Position numbers and translations under genes: made by a program
In this document: positions 1 to 10,915 of the stretch, one piece after another
Position numbering within the stretch: position 1 is the first letter of the stretch
How the letters are laid out: each line of letters begins with the position of its first letter
The notes under the pieces: model-generated
The model's database searches: none
What the model saw: only the letters and a program-made list of their open reading frames with translations
Told to the model about the DNA's origin: nothing
Origin: Sphyrna mokarran
Lineage: Eukaryota
DNA: 64,000 nt
Assembly (NCBI GenBank): GCA_024679065.1
Contig: JAGIQG010000009.1
Span: forward strand, 107,198,001-107,262,000
Direction: 5' to 3'

Positions 1-2981
1 AACATTAGCTGATATCTAAATTAATAATCCAGCAATAATACCACTAGGCCATCACCTCATCTCTAGTTTCATTTACTCCGCGTTTGGCCCATATCTCTCT
101 AAACACTTCCCACCCATGTACCTGTCCAAATTGTCTGTTAAATGTTGTAATTGTACCGGCTTCTACCATTCCTCTGGCAGCTCATTCCATACATGCATAA
201 CTATATGTGTGGTAAAAGTTGCCTTTTGGGTTCCTTTTAAATCTTTCCCATCTCCCCTTAAACCTATGCCCTCTAGCTTTGGACTCCACTATCCCTGGGT
301 AACGGCCAGGGCTATTCACCTTATCTGTGCTCCTAATGACTTTATAAACTTCGATGAGGTCACTCCCTCATGCTCCAAGCTCCAGAGAAAAACGTCCCAA
401 TCTATCTAGCCTCTCCTCGTAATTACAGTTCCACTAATATCCTTGTAAATTTCTTTGCACTCTTTCCATTTAAGAATATTCTTCCCATAAGAGGGTGATA
501 AATTCCATCTTTCATTACCTTAATTTCCTCCTTCAGGCACTCTAGAAAGATGTACCATAGAAAGCATTCTTTCTAGTTGTATTACAATTTGGTATGACTC
601 CTGCTCTGCCCAAAACTACAAGTAACTACAAATGGTCGTGAATGAAGCCCAATCCATCATGCAAACCAGCCTCCTATGAAGCTCTGCTGCGTAGTAGCGC
701 CAGGGACCTGGCTTCAATTCCTGGCTTGGGTCACTGTGCAGAGTCTGTATGTTCTGTCTGTGTCTGCATGGGTTTTCTCTGGGTACTCCAGTTTCCTCCC
801 ACAGTCTGAAAGATGTGCTGGTTAGGAGTATTAACCCAAACAGACACTTGGAATGTGGTGACTAGGGAAATTTCACTGTAGCTTCATTGCAATGTTAATG
901 TAAGCCTTATTTGTGACTAATAAGTAAACTTTAACTTTAACATCCATTGACTCTGTCTACATTGCCTTGGAAAAGCACCCAGCATAATTAAGGGCGCCAT
1001 AGATTCTGGACATGCACTTTTTCACCTTCTCCCATTGGGAAAAGATACAAAAATCTGAAGTCATATACCAATTGACTCAAAGCAGCTTCTTCCCTGCTGC
1101 CATCAGACTTTTGAATGGATGTATCACGCACTGAGTTGATCTTTCTCTACACCCTAGCTATGATTGTAACACTACGCTCTGCACTCTGTCACTCCATTCT
1201 GTGTGAATGGCATGCTGCGTAGTGTGCAAGGAAACAATAATTTTCACTGTATACTAATACATGTGAGAATAATAAATCAAACCAAAATCAAACCCATAAA
1301 CTCCCGTGACCTGGGCTTTTGGTGATCAGTATGTGCTCACTTCAAATCCGACTGGAGAGACTTGAAAGCAAAATCTAGACCGGCATCAGGACAGAATCAC
1401 ATAACGATTAAAGAGTTGAAGGAGAGTATACCACGCCCACACCCAAACCTCTCCCCCGTACACCCCCTCCACCCCACCTCATTGCCCCAGAGCAATTCAC
1501 CTAGTTCCAATTCCCTATGGCCCTGCTATTTTTTTCTCTCTTCAGATAATTATCCAATTCTCTTCTGATTGCCTGGAATATTGTTTGAAAGTCTGTGTAC
1601 GCCACATCAGCTACATTTTACTTATCCACTCTCTCTGTTAGCTCATAAAAAGAAACTCAGGCAAGTGGGTAAAGCACTAAAGCAAATACAGACTGGCTTT
1701 CTTTAAATAAATAACCTGCATTTGAAAATTGCTGAAAAAAATAGACATACTGCTGAAGCTCTTTGCTACAGATTTGCAAAATCTCAAAAGGAACAACAAT
1801 TTATACTGCATCGGAAAAGAATCTCAGCGTGCTGTTCCCTTCCTCTTCATCTTACTAGGAGCAGGAGTAGGCCATCTGTGCCCTTGAGCCTGCTCTGCCA
1901 TTCAATAAGATAGTGGCTGATCTTTGTGTGGACCCAGCTCCACTTACCTGCCCGCTCACCATAACCCCTAATTCCTTATTGTTCCAAAAAATTTATCTAT
2001 CCTTGCCTTAAAAACATCCAATGAGGTAGCCTCAACTGCTTCACTGGGCAGGGAATTCCACAGATTCACAACCCTTTGTGTGAAGAGGTTCCTCCTCAAC
2101 TCAGTCCTAAATCTTCTCCCCCTTATTTTCAGGTTACGCTTCCTAGTTCAAGTTTCACCGCCAGTGGAAATAACTTCCCTGATTCTATTATTTATTCCCT
2201 TCATAATCTTATATGTTTCTGAAAGATTATCCCTCATGCTTCTGAATTCCAATGGGTATAGTCCCTGTCTACTCAGTCTCTCCTCAAAAGCCAACACTCT
2301 CAACTCCAGAATTGACCTAGTGAATTTCCTCTGCACCCCTTCCAGTGCCAGTATATCATTTCTCAAGAAAGGAGACCAAAATTGTGCACAGTACTTTTGT
2401 CCTCACTAGCACCTCATACAGCTGCAACATCGCTTCCCTTTTTTTAAACTCCATCCCTCTAGCAATAAAGGACAAAATTCCATTTGCCTTCTTAATTACC
2501 TGGTGCATTTGCAAACCAACTTTTTGCTATTCATACACAATGACACTCAGGTCCCTCTGCATTGCAGCACGCTGCAATATTTTACCATTTAAATGTAGTC
2601 CATTTTGCTGTTACGGCAACCAAAATAGATGACTTCACATTTACCAACATCGTACTCCTACCTCTCTCTTCTGCCTTTACCTGTTGGGAAAAAGATACGA
2701 AAGTCTGAGGTCATGTACCACTGACTTGAGAACAGCTTCTTCCCTGCTGCTGTCAGTCTTTTGAATGGACTTACCTTTAACTAAGTTGATCTTTCTCTAC
2801 ATCCTAGCTATGACTGTAACACTACATTCTGCGCTCTCTCCTTTCCTTCTCGATGATCGGTATACCTTCTCGGTATAGCGCACAAGAAATAATACTTTTC
2901 ATTGTATGTTAATACATGTGGCAAAAATAAATCAAATCAAATCAAAATCAGATATAGGATTTTATGGTTCAATATAGTTCG

Positions 2982-3139
2982 GTAAAAAGTCTCACAACAC
3001 CAGGTTAAAGTCCAACAGATATATTTGGTAATAAGTACCACTAGCGTTTAGTGATGTTTACCACCAAGTTGGACTTTAACTTGGTGTTGTGAGGCTTTTT
3101 ACTGTGTTCACCCCAGCCCAACGCCAGCATCTCCACATC
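2982..3139 (+). mobile_element. Penelope pLTR-derived foldback mini-element
   Basis: 35-bp inverted arms at 2982-3016 and 3068-3102, plus pLTR tail ...CCAACGCCAGCATCTCCACATC. Confidence 0.8.
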
Positions 3140-4429
3140 TATATAGTACAGCAGGTCACTCCGTTGAAAGGCAATTAGAGATAGGCAATGAGAAACTGTC
3201 TTCCCCGCCCCCTGACCCCTGTAAAAGGATTAAAGTGGTTTGCAAAGTAAAGTCAACGTGAGGTGAGAGAAAGCTCCACGCAAAAGAGTGATTAGGGATC
3301 TGGGCTGCTTTGCCTGAGTGCGTGGCAGGTTCATTAAAAGAAAATTAAATCATTATTTGAAAAGGGAAAAAAAATTATGGAGGGTTATAAGGAGAATGTA
3401 GGAGAATGACATTGCTGTTCTGGGAGCCAGTGCAAACACAAAAGGGCTGAATGGCCTTCCTTGTGCACTGCAACAAGTCTGTTACTCTTACGCTCAGTTA
3501 CCTATCCTCTTTCTCACTCTCTTCGCCATCTGCTGGTATCTCTGTCTCGCTGCACCCTTTTCAGACCACAATTGGAACAAGGGAGCAAAGTTAGATCATT
3601 CACTCGGAACCTGATCCAGTGTTCAGTCAGATTGTGGTGGATTTCGTTGTGAGTCTCAACTTCGCCCTGCTGTTTGCCCTCCCTAATCCTTGATGCTCCT
3701 GTCTATCAAAAGTCCAGCTAACTCTGCCTTGAATAAATACAGCGGCTCAGCGTTCATAGCTTCCTGGGAATGGGGTGGTGGCACGGGGGTTAGCACTGCT
3801 GCCTCACAGCGCTAGGGACCCGGTTCAATTCCTGACTTGGCTCAATGTCTGTGTGGAGTTTGCACATTCTATTCATGTCTGCGTGGGTTTCCTCCAGGTG
3901 CTCTAGTTTCCCCTACAGTCTGAAAGATGTGCTGGTTAGGTGCATTGACTGTGCTAAATTCTCCCTCAGTGTACCTGAACAGGCACAAGTGGGGGATTTT
4001 CACAGTAACTTCATTGCAGCGTTAATGTGAACATACTCGTGACAAATAAACTCTAAGCTTATTATAGGAACCTATTTCTCCCACACCACACTCTTTAATC
4101 TTATTTACCCCATGCCCATTCCCTTGTAGCTAATGGAATAATCATAGGATAATTTGATGTTCTTTTTAATTTGCCTCATAGTTTCTATGCAGAATCTGAT
4201 TCCTGTGTCTTTGACATCTACAGGAACCATCGCACTCTGAACCCTCCTCTCTCCGTAGGCCACCCCTCTCTGGCCCAGAGGAGTTGAACTCTGTTACTGG
4301 TCAGCTAACATAACCATCTGGACTGCTGCTCTCAACTGCGGAGAGCCATGTAAATTCCCCAGGCTATATAGTCCCCAAATGCTACTAAATTCCTATTATC
4401 TCTCTCTGCTTGAATAGCTCCCGGCATCA

Positions 4430-5850
4430 TCACCATTGGGAACTGTCGAGGGGGCATTGGCTGTCTTAATTTTTCTGCCCTCTCAGACCCATTCCAACCT
4501 CCCTCCCTCCAAATTTATCCAGTCTTCACCCCTTCAGGTCCAACCCCGACTTTTGTCATCAAACCTGCCTACAAAGAGGCTGTTGGTTCCATCTGGCCTA
4601 CTGAACTCTACTTCGCAGAGGCTGAGTACCAACTCTCAGGCACTTCTTTCCTGAGCCTACGTGCATTTCCTCCAGATGCTGCGGTTTCCTCCCACAGTCT
4701 GAAAGGTGTGCTGGTTAGGTGCTTTGGCTGTGCTAAATTCTTCCTCAGTGTACCCAAACAGGCACCACTGGGACTATGGTGAATCGGGAGATTGATATCA
4801 GCTTCAGCAAGCAAAAAGGAGAACATGCCTCTGTCAACATCAATGGGGACGAAGTAGAAAGGGTCAACAGCTTCAAGTTTTTAAGTGTCCAGGTCACCAA
4901 CAACCTGACCTGATACCCCCATGCCGACACTACAGTTAAGAAAGCCCACCAACGCCTCTACTTTCTCAGAATACTAAGGGAATTTGGCATGTTAGCTACG
5001 ACTCTCACCAACTTTTACAGATGCCCCATAGAAAGCATTCTTTCTGGTTGTATCACAGCTTGGTATAGCTCCTGCTGTGCCCAAGACCACAAGGAAGTAG
5101 AAAATGTTGTGAATGTAGCCCAATCCATCACGCAAACCAGCCTCCCATCCATTGACTCTGTCTACACTTCCCGCTGCTTTGGCAAAGCAGCCAGCATAAT
5201 TAAAGACCTCACACACCCCAGAAATTCTCCCTTCCACCCTTTTTCCTAGATACAAAAGTCTGAGGTCATATCCTAACCAACTCAAGAACAGCTTCTTCTC
5301 AGCTGGTGTCAGACTTTTAATTGATCTACCTCGCATTAAATTATCTTTCTCTGCACCCTAGCTCTGACTGTGACACTACATTCTGCACTTTCTTGTTCCC
5401 TTCTCTATGAACAGTATGCTTTATCTGTATAGCGCGCAAGAGGCAATACTTTTCACTGTATGTTAATACATCTGACAACAATAAATCAAATCAAATCAAA
5501 ACCAAACCTTCTCCTGAACTACAACCACACCACTGAACATCAAGCCATTATCTCCAACACTGTCACCGACCTACTTTCCTCCCCGCAGCTTCCAAGTTCA
5601 CAGTGTCCCAAACCCAGACAGCCCGCTTCCACCTCTCCCCGCCACCCTCCCCCCCATCTCTCTCTCCACACACACACACACACCTTGCCACCAGTTTGTT
5701 CATCCACTCTGTATTCACCACTTCCTTCCATCTAGAACCTCAAACCTGTCGAACAATCACAAAGCCCGAGCTCCTTCATTCCTACCTGCTTGGTTCCCAT
5801 GTCCGATTCACTTGCACTCACGCCTTCCCAACTCTGACCATGAATGAAAT
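4430..5850 (+). mobile_element. Older Penelope RT fragment (about 4430-4650 and 5503-5850) interrupted by a SINE piece and a Rex1/Babar copy
   Basis: TTEHQAIISNTVTDL...PRTARF-like remnants resume after the nested insertion. Confidence 0.55.
4780..5500 (+). mobile_element. Rex1/Babar LINE 3' fragment (representative). Other copies about 548-1290, 2660-2950, 14420-14760(-), 15150-15610, 25680-25900(-), 39660-40225, 52840-53580
   Basis: ORF remnant LTNFYRCPIESILSGCITAWY...KAASIIKD.THP and a (AATCA)n tail. Confidence 0.8.
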
Positions 5851-6985
5851 CAGACTACCCTATCCTATGGGATGTGACTGCCTCTGGAACAAAGCCTCCA
5901 GGACAACTACCTCCCCGACTCTGATGCATCATCGTACCTGTAGCTTGGACTCCAACTCACTGATACTGAATGGAGCTGCATTGTGGATCACAGTGGCACC
6001 CCCAAGATGGTAGATTGAACCAGAGCAGAACTTACTCAGTTAATGGTAGGGCATTGGGGAGAGTTACAGAAAAACAAGATCTAGACTTACAGCTTCATAG
6101 CTCCTTGAAAGTGGAGTCGCACATGGACAGAGTGATGACGAAGACATTCGGCATTCTTGGTTTTATTAGTCAGAACATTGGATATAGGAGTTGGGGCATC
6201 TTGTTGAAGTTGCACAAGACATTGATAAGGCTACACTTGGAATACTGTGTGCAATTCAAGTCACTCGATTATAGAAAGGATATTATTAAATTAGGAAGAG
6301 TTCAGAAAAGATTTACCAAATGCTACTGGGACTTGGTAGTTTGAGTTATAAGAAGAGGCTGGATGGAGAGGCTTTTTTTCTCTGGAGCATAGAAGGCTGA
6401 GGAGTGGTCTTATAGATCTTAATGAGGGGATAGACAAGGTAGATAGTCAATATCTTTTTTCAAAGGTAGGGCAATCAAAACGAGAGGGCATAGGTTTAAG
6501 GTGAGAGGGAACAGATATGAAAGTGTCCAGAGGGGCAATTTTTTCACACAGGGGGTGGTGAGTGTCTGGAACAAACTGCCAGAGGTGGATGTAAAGGTGG
6601 ATACAATTTTGTCTTTTAAAAAGCATTTAGACAGTTAAATGGCTAAGATGGGTATAGAGTGTTATGGGCCAAACACAGGCAATTGCGACTAGCTTAGGGG
6701 TTAAAAAAAGGAGCAGCATGGACGAGTTGGGCTGAAAGGCTGTTTCTATGCTGTAAACCTCAATGACATACTACAGCTGCAACACTGCAAATATGCTGTG
6801 TTCCTGTCTCTCTATCGCCATCTGGTGATATTCCTATCTTCTACATCCAGTTATTGCTCCCTATCACGATCTGGTGGTATCCCAGTTATTCCTCCCTATC
6901 TCCATCTGGTGGTATCCCTGATAAGCTCTCAGCTTATCCACTTCTTTGTCTCCATTGTTCCCTCATCCTGGGATCATTCCCTCAC

Positions 6986-9298
6986 CCAAGAGGCCAATAG
7001 CGAACACAATGAGACAACCAATGAAATGGAACAGCCGACAGAGAGATCCGTGGTGCAGCAATGGGAGAGGGAAGAGTTGAACTGGACTCCTCCGGAAGGC
7101 TGCCGCCCTCGACTCGGCATGCATGCCCAAGCCATCAGGAGGTGCATCAATGTCAGGCTCATCAGCCGCACTCACAAGTACATCACCCAAGCACAACGCG
7201 ATGCCATCTGCCTCTCAAGACCAACCGCAACATTGTCATCAAACCAGCTGACAAAGGAGGCGCCATCGTCATACTGAACAGAAACGAATTACTGTAAAGA
7301 AGTGTACCGACAACTAAACAATGAGGAACACTGTAGACCTGCAGATCTGACCAAAGAACACACCTGCCAACTCAACAGACAGATCAAGATCTTTGAACTG
7401 GACCTTCAGGGCACCCTCTGTGCTCTCATCCCATGTAATCCCCATTTTGGAGATGTCTACTGCCTCCCGAAGATATACAAGGCAAACACACCCGGCTGTC
7501 CCATCATATCGGGCAATGGGATTTCTCTGGCTATGCCAAGGGCATCCTGAAACCCATTGTACAAAGAACCCCCAGATTTTGTTGCGACACTACGGACTCC
7601 TACAGAAACTCAGCACCCATGGAGCAGTTGAACCAGGAGCACTCCTTATCACAATGGATTTCTCGGCACTCTACCCCAGCATCCCTCACAATGATGGCGT
7701 TGCTGCAATTGCCTCAGTACTCAATGCTGACAACTGCCAATCTCCAGGTGCAATTTTACAACTCATCCGCTTCACCCTGGATCACGACATCTTCACCTTC
7801 AACACACTGAAAAGATATGAGGACAAAATTTGCACTCAATATACCAAAATTTTCACGCACAGATTCAAACAAGACTTCTTCACCGCTCAGGACCTTCAAC
7901 TGACACTATGCACTAGATACATCGATGACATTTTCTTCCTTTGGACTCATGGTGAACAATCACTGAAACAACTGTATGATGACATCAACAAGTTCCACCC
8001 CACCATTAAACTCACCATGGACTATTCTCCGGAATTTTGGACGCATGCATCTCCATCAAGGACAATCACCTCAGCATTTCATTGTACCGCAAGCCCAAGG
8101 ATAATTCATGATGCTCCACTCCTCCAGCTTCCACCATAAACACGTTAAAGAAGCCATCGCATACGGACAAGCCCTCTGTATACACAGGATCTGCTCAGAT
8201 GAGGAGGATCGCAACAGACACCTCCAGACGCTGAAAGATGCCCTCATAAGAACAGGATATGGTTGTCAACTCATTGATCGACAGTTCCGACGCGCCACTG
8301 CGATAAACCGCACCGACCTCCTCAGAAGACAAACATGGGACACAGTGGACAGAGTACCCTTCATCATCCAGTACTTCCCTGGAGCTTCTCCTGAGCTTTA
8401 ACATGTCATTGATGAAGATGAACATCTTGCCAAGGTTATCCCCACACCTCCCGCTTCTTGCCTTCAAACAACCGAACAACCTCAAACTATCCAGCTTCAG
8501 GAGAACGGTGACCACAACACCACACAACCTTGCCACAGCACCTCCGCAAGATGTGCCAGATCATCAACATGGATGTCATCATCTCATGTGAGAATACCAT
8601 CCACCAGATACATGGTACATACTCCTGCAACTCTATCAATGTTGTCTACCTGATACGATGCAGGAAAGGATGTCCCGAAGAATGATACATTGGGGAGACT
8701 ATGCGGACTTTACAACAACGGATGAATGAATACCACTTGACAATCACCAGGCAGAATTGTTCTCTTCCTGTTGAGGATCATTTCAGCGGTCACAGGCATT
8801 CAGCCTCTGATCTTCAGGAAAGTGTTCTCCAAGGCAGCTTTGAAGACACACGATAGTGCAGATTCACTGAGCAGAGACCAATAGCCAAGTTTCGCACATG
8901 TGAGGACGGCCTCAACTGGAATCTTGGGTTCATGTCACACCATCTGCAATCCACAGAATGTGCCTGGGCTTGCGAAATCTCACGAACTGTCCTGGCTGGA
9001 GACAATGCACAATACACACAGAGAGCTTAACCTGTGTTTAACCTCTCTCCACTCACATTATCTGTACCCTTATGGCTTGATTACCTGTAAAGACTCGCAT
9101 TCCAATCATTATCTTGTAAATTGAGTTTGTGTCTTTATATGCCCTGTTTGTGAACGCAACTCCCACTCACCTAATGAAGGAGCAACGCTCTGAAAGCTTG
9201 TGGCTTGTGCTACCAAATAAACCTGTTGGACTTTAACTTGGCGTTGTGAGACTTCTTACTGTGCTTACCCCAGTCCAACGCCAGCATCTCCACATCAT
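6986..9298 (+). mobile_element. Penelope-like retroelement, 5'-truncated and frameshifted (RT, GIY-YIG, 3' pLTR)
   Basis: Motifs IVIKPADKGGAIVI, ITMDFSALYPSIPH, RYIDDIFFLW; GIY-YIG-like NVVYLIRC...YIGET near 8640-8700; hammerhead-like motif at 9168-9202. Confidence 0.9.
9168..9202 (+). ncRNA. Degraded minimal hammerhead ribozyme in the Penelope pLTR
   Basis: cac-CTAATGA-aggagcaacgctct-GAAA-gct-t-gtg; the CUGAUGA core is mutated to CUAAUGA. Confidence 0.6.
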
Positions 9299-9401
9299 CA
9301 TTGGCTTCATCCCAGGATCATTGCTTCATCCCGGGATCAATCCTTCATCCAGAAATTGTTCCCTCATCTCCGAGATCATTCCTTGATCCCCGGGATCATT
9401 C
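9297..9401 (+). repeat. About 19-20 bp minisatellite (TTCATCCCGGGATCATTCC), with a further unit at about 6958-6985
   Basis: Degenerate units on both sides of the Penelope element. Confidence 0.7.
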
Positions 9402-10734
9402 TGTTGGTTTTCTCCTAAACTGTGAGGTAGCTTTTTACGATAAGCTTCCTGGGACAGCACGGTTGCACAGTGGTTGGTACTGCTGCCTTATAGCACTTGG
9501 GATCCGGGTTCGATTCCCGGCTTGGGTCACTGTCTGTGTGGAGTCTGCATGTTGTCCTCGTGTCTGCGTGGGTTTTCCTCCAGGTGCTCCGGTTTCCTCT
9601 CACAGTGTGAAAGATGTGCTGGCTGGGTGTGTTGGCTGTGTTAAATCCTCCCTCAGTGTACCTGAATAGGTGCTGGAGAGTGGAAACTAGGGGATTTTCA
9701 GAGTGACTTCATTGCAGTGGCACAGCGGTTAGCAGCGCTGCCTCACAGTGCCAGGGACCCGGGTTCAATTCTGGCCTTGCGTCACTGTCTGTGTGGAGCT
9801 TGCACGTTCTCCCCATGTCTGTGTGGGTTCCCTCCAGGTAGTCTGGTTTCCTCCTACAGTCCAAAGATGTGTGGGTTAGGTGGATTGGCCACGCTAAATT
9901 GTCCCTTAGCGGCAGGGGGACTAGCTAGGGTAAATAGATGGGGTTTTGGGGATCGTGCCTGGGTGGGATTGTGGTTGGTGTCGATGCGATTGGCCGAATG
10001 GCCTCCTTCTGCAATAAATAAACAAATTTTAACTGTGCTTTACTTTTATCTCAACATTTTGATCCATCCAGCCATTTCCCGTTGTAGATATAACGCCCCC
10101 CCCCTCTTCCCATTGTGAGACTGTGTCCTTCTTGGGTTACTGGAAGGATTCATACAAAAAAAAACAAGCAAACGAAAGGAGGAATAAAAGTTTAGTTCGG
10201 AAACCACCAGCATCCTCTCTGCTAATGACTGAGCTGCTGAAGAGGAAGCTCAGGAAGATGGCGAAAATGAAAACGTCTGCAAAATAACTGGGAGCTGCAC
10301 AGATTACCGCTCATCTGAGATGTCTACACGGCTGAGAGGAATTGCTTCACTTCCTCGGCTGTGCTGGGTCTGATTCAGGCTTTTGCAATGTTTTTTTGTC
10401 ATTCATTTGTGGAAAATGGGCTTCACTGATTGCCCATCCGTAGTTTGAGGGTAGTTGAGAATCAACCGCATTGCTGCGGCTTTGGAGTCACATAGGCCAG
10501 GCCAAGTAAAGATGATGGATTGCCCTTCTTAAAGGACATTAATGAACAAGTTTTCCCGCAATGGTTTCATGGTCATAGATTCTAAATTCCAGTTTTATTT
10601 TATTATTGAATTCAAATTCCGCTATCTGCCGTGATGGGATTCGAACACAGGTCCCCGGAGCATTAGCTGAATTTCCATATTAGTCCAGTGATAATACCAC
10701 TAGGCCATCACTGCCCCTGAGGACGAGGCATAAC

Positions 10735-10915
10735 AGTTCCCTTCCTGTGGGCGAACACTTCAGCGGTCATGGGCATTTGGCCTCCGACCTTTGGGTAAAC
10801 GTTCTTCAAGGGGGCCTTCAAGACACACGACAGCGCAGAGCCGCGGAGCAGAGACCGATAGCCAAGTTCCGCACACATGAGGACGGTCTTAACAGGGATC
10901 TTGGAGTTCTTGGAC
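10735..10915 (+). mobile_element. Penelope GIY-YIG/C-terminal fragment
   Basis: GEHFSGHGHLASDLWVNVLQGG...IAKFRTHEDGLNRDLG; homologous to 8760-8930. Confidence 0.8.

Noticed and set aside
7393-8139. 248-aa RT ORF as an active or domesticated gene
   Set aside because: Part of a 5'-truncated Penelope copy with frameshifts, internal deletions and a stop in the GIY-YIG domain
10141-10213. Possible minus-strand leader exon (MLVVSELNFYSSFRLLVFFCMNPS|gtaacc) of a gene divergent from AIF1
   Set aside because: Weak signal peptide, weak donor, and no partner exon recognised in 1-10140
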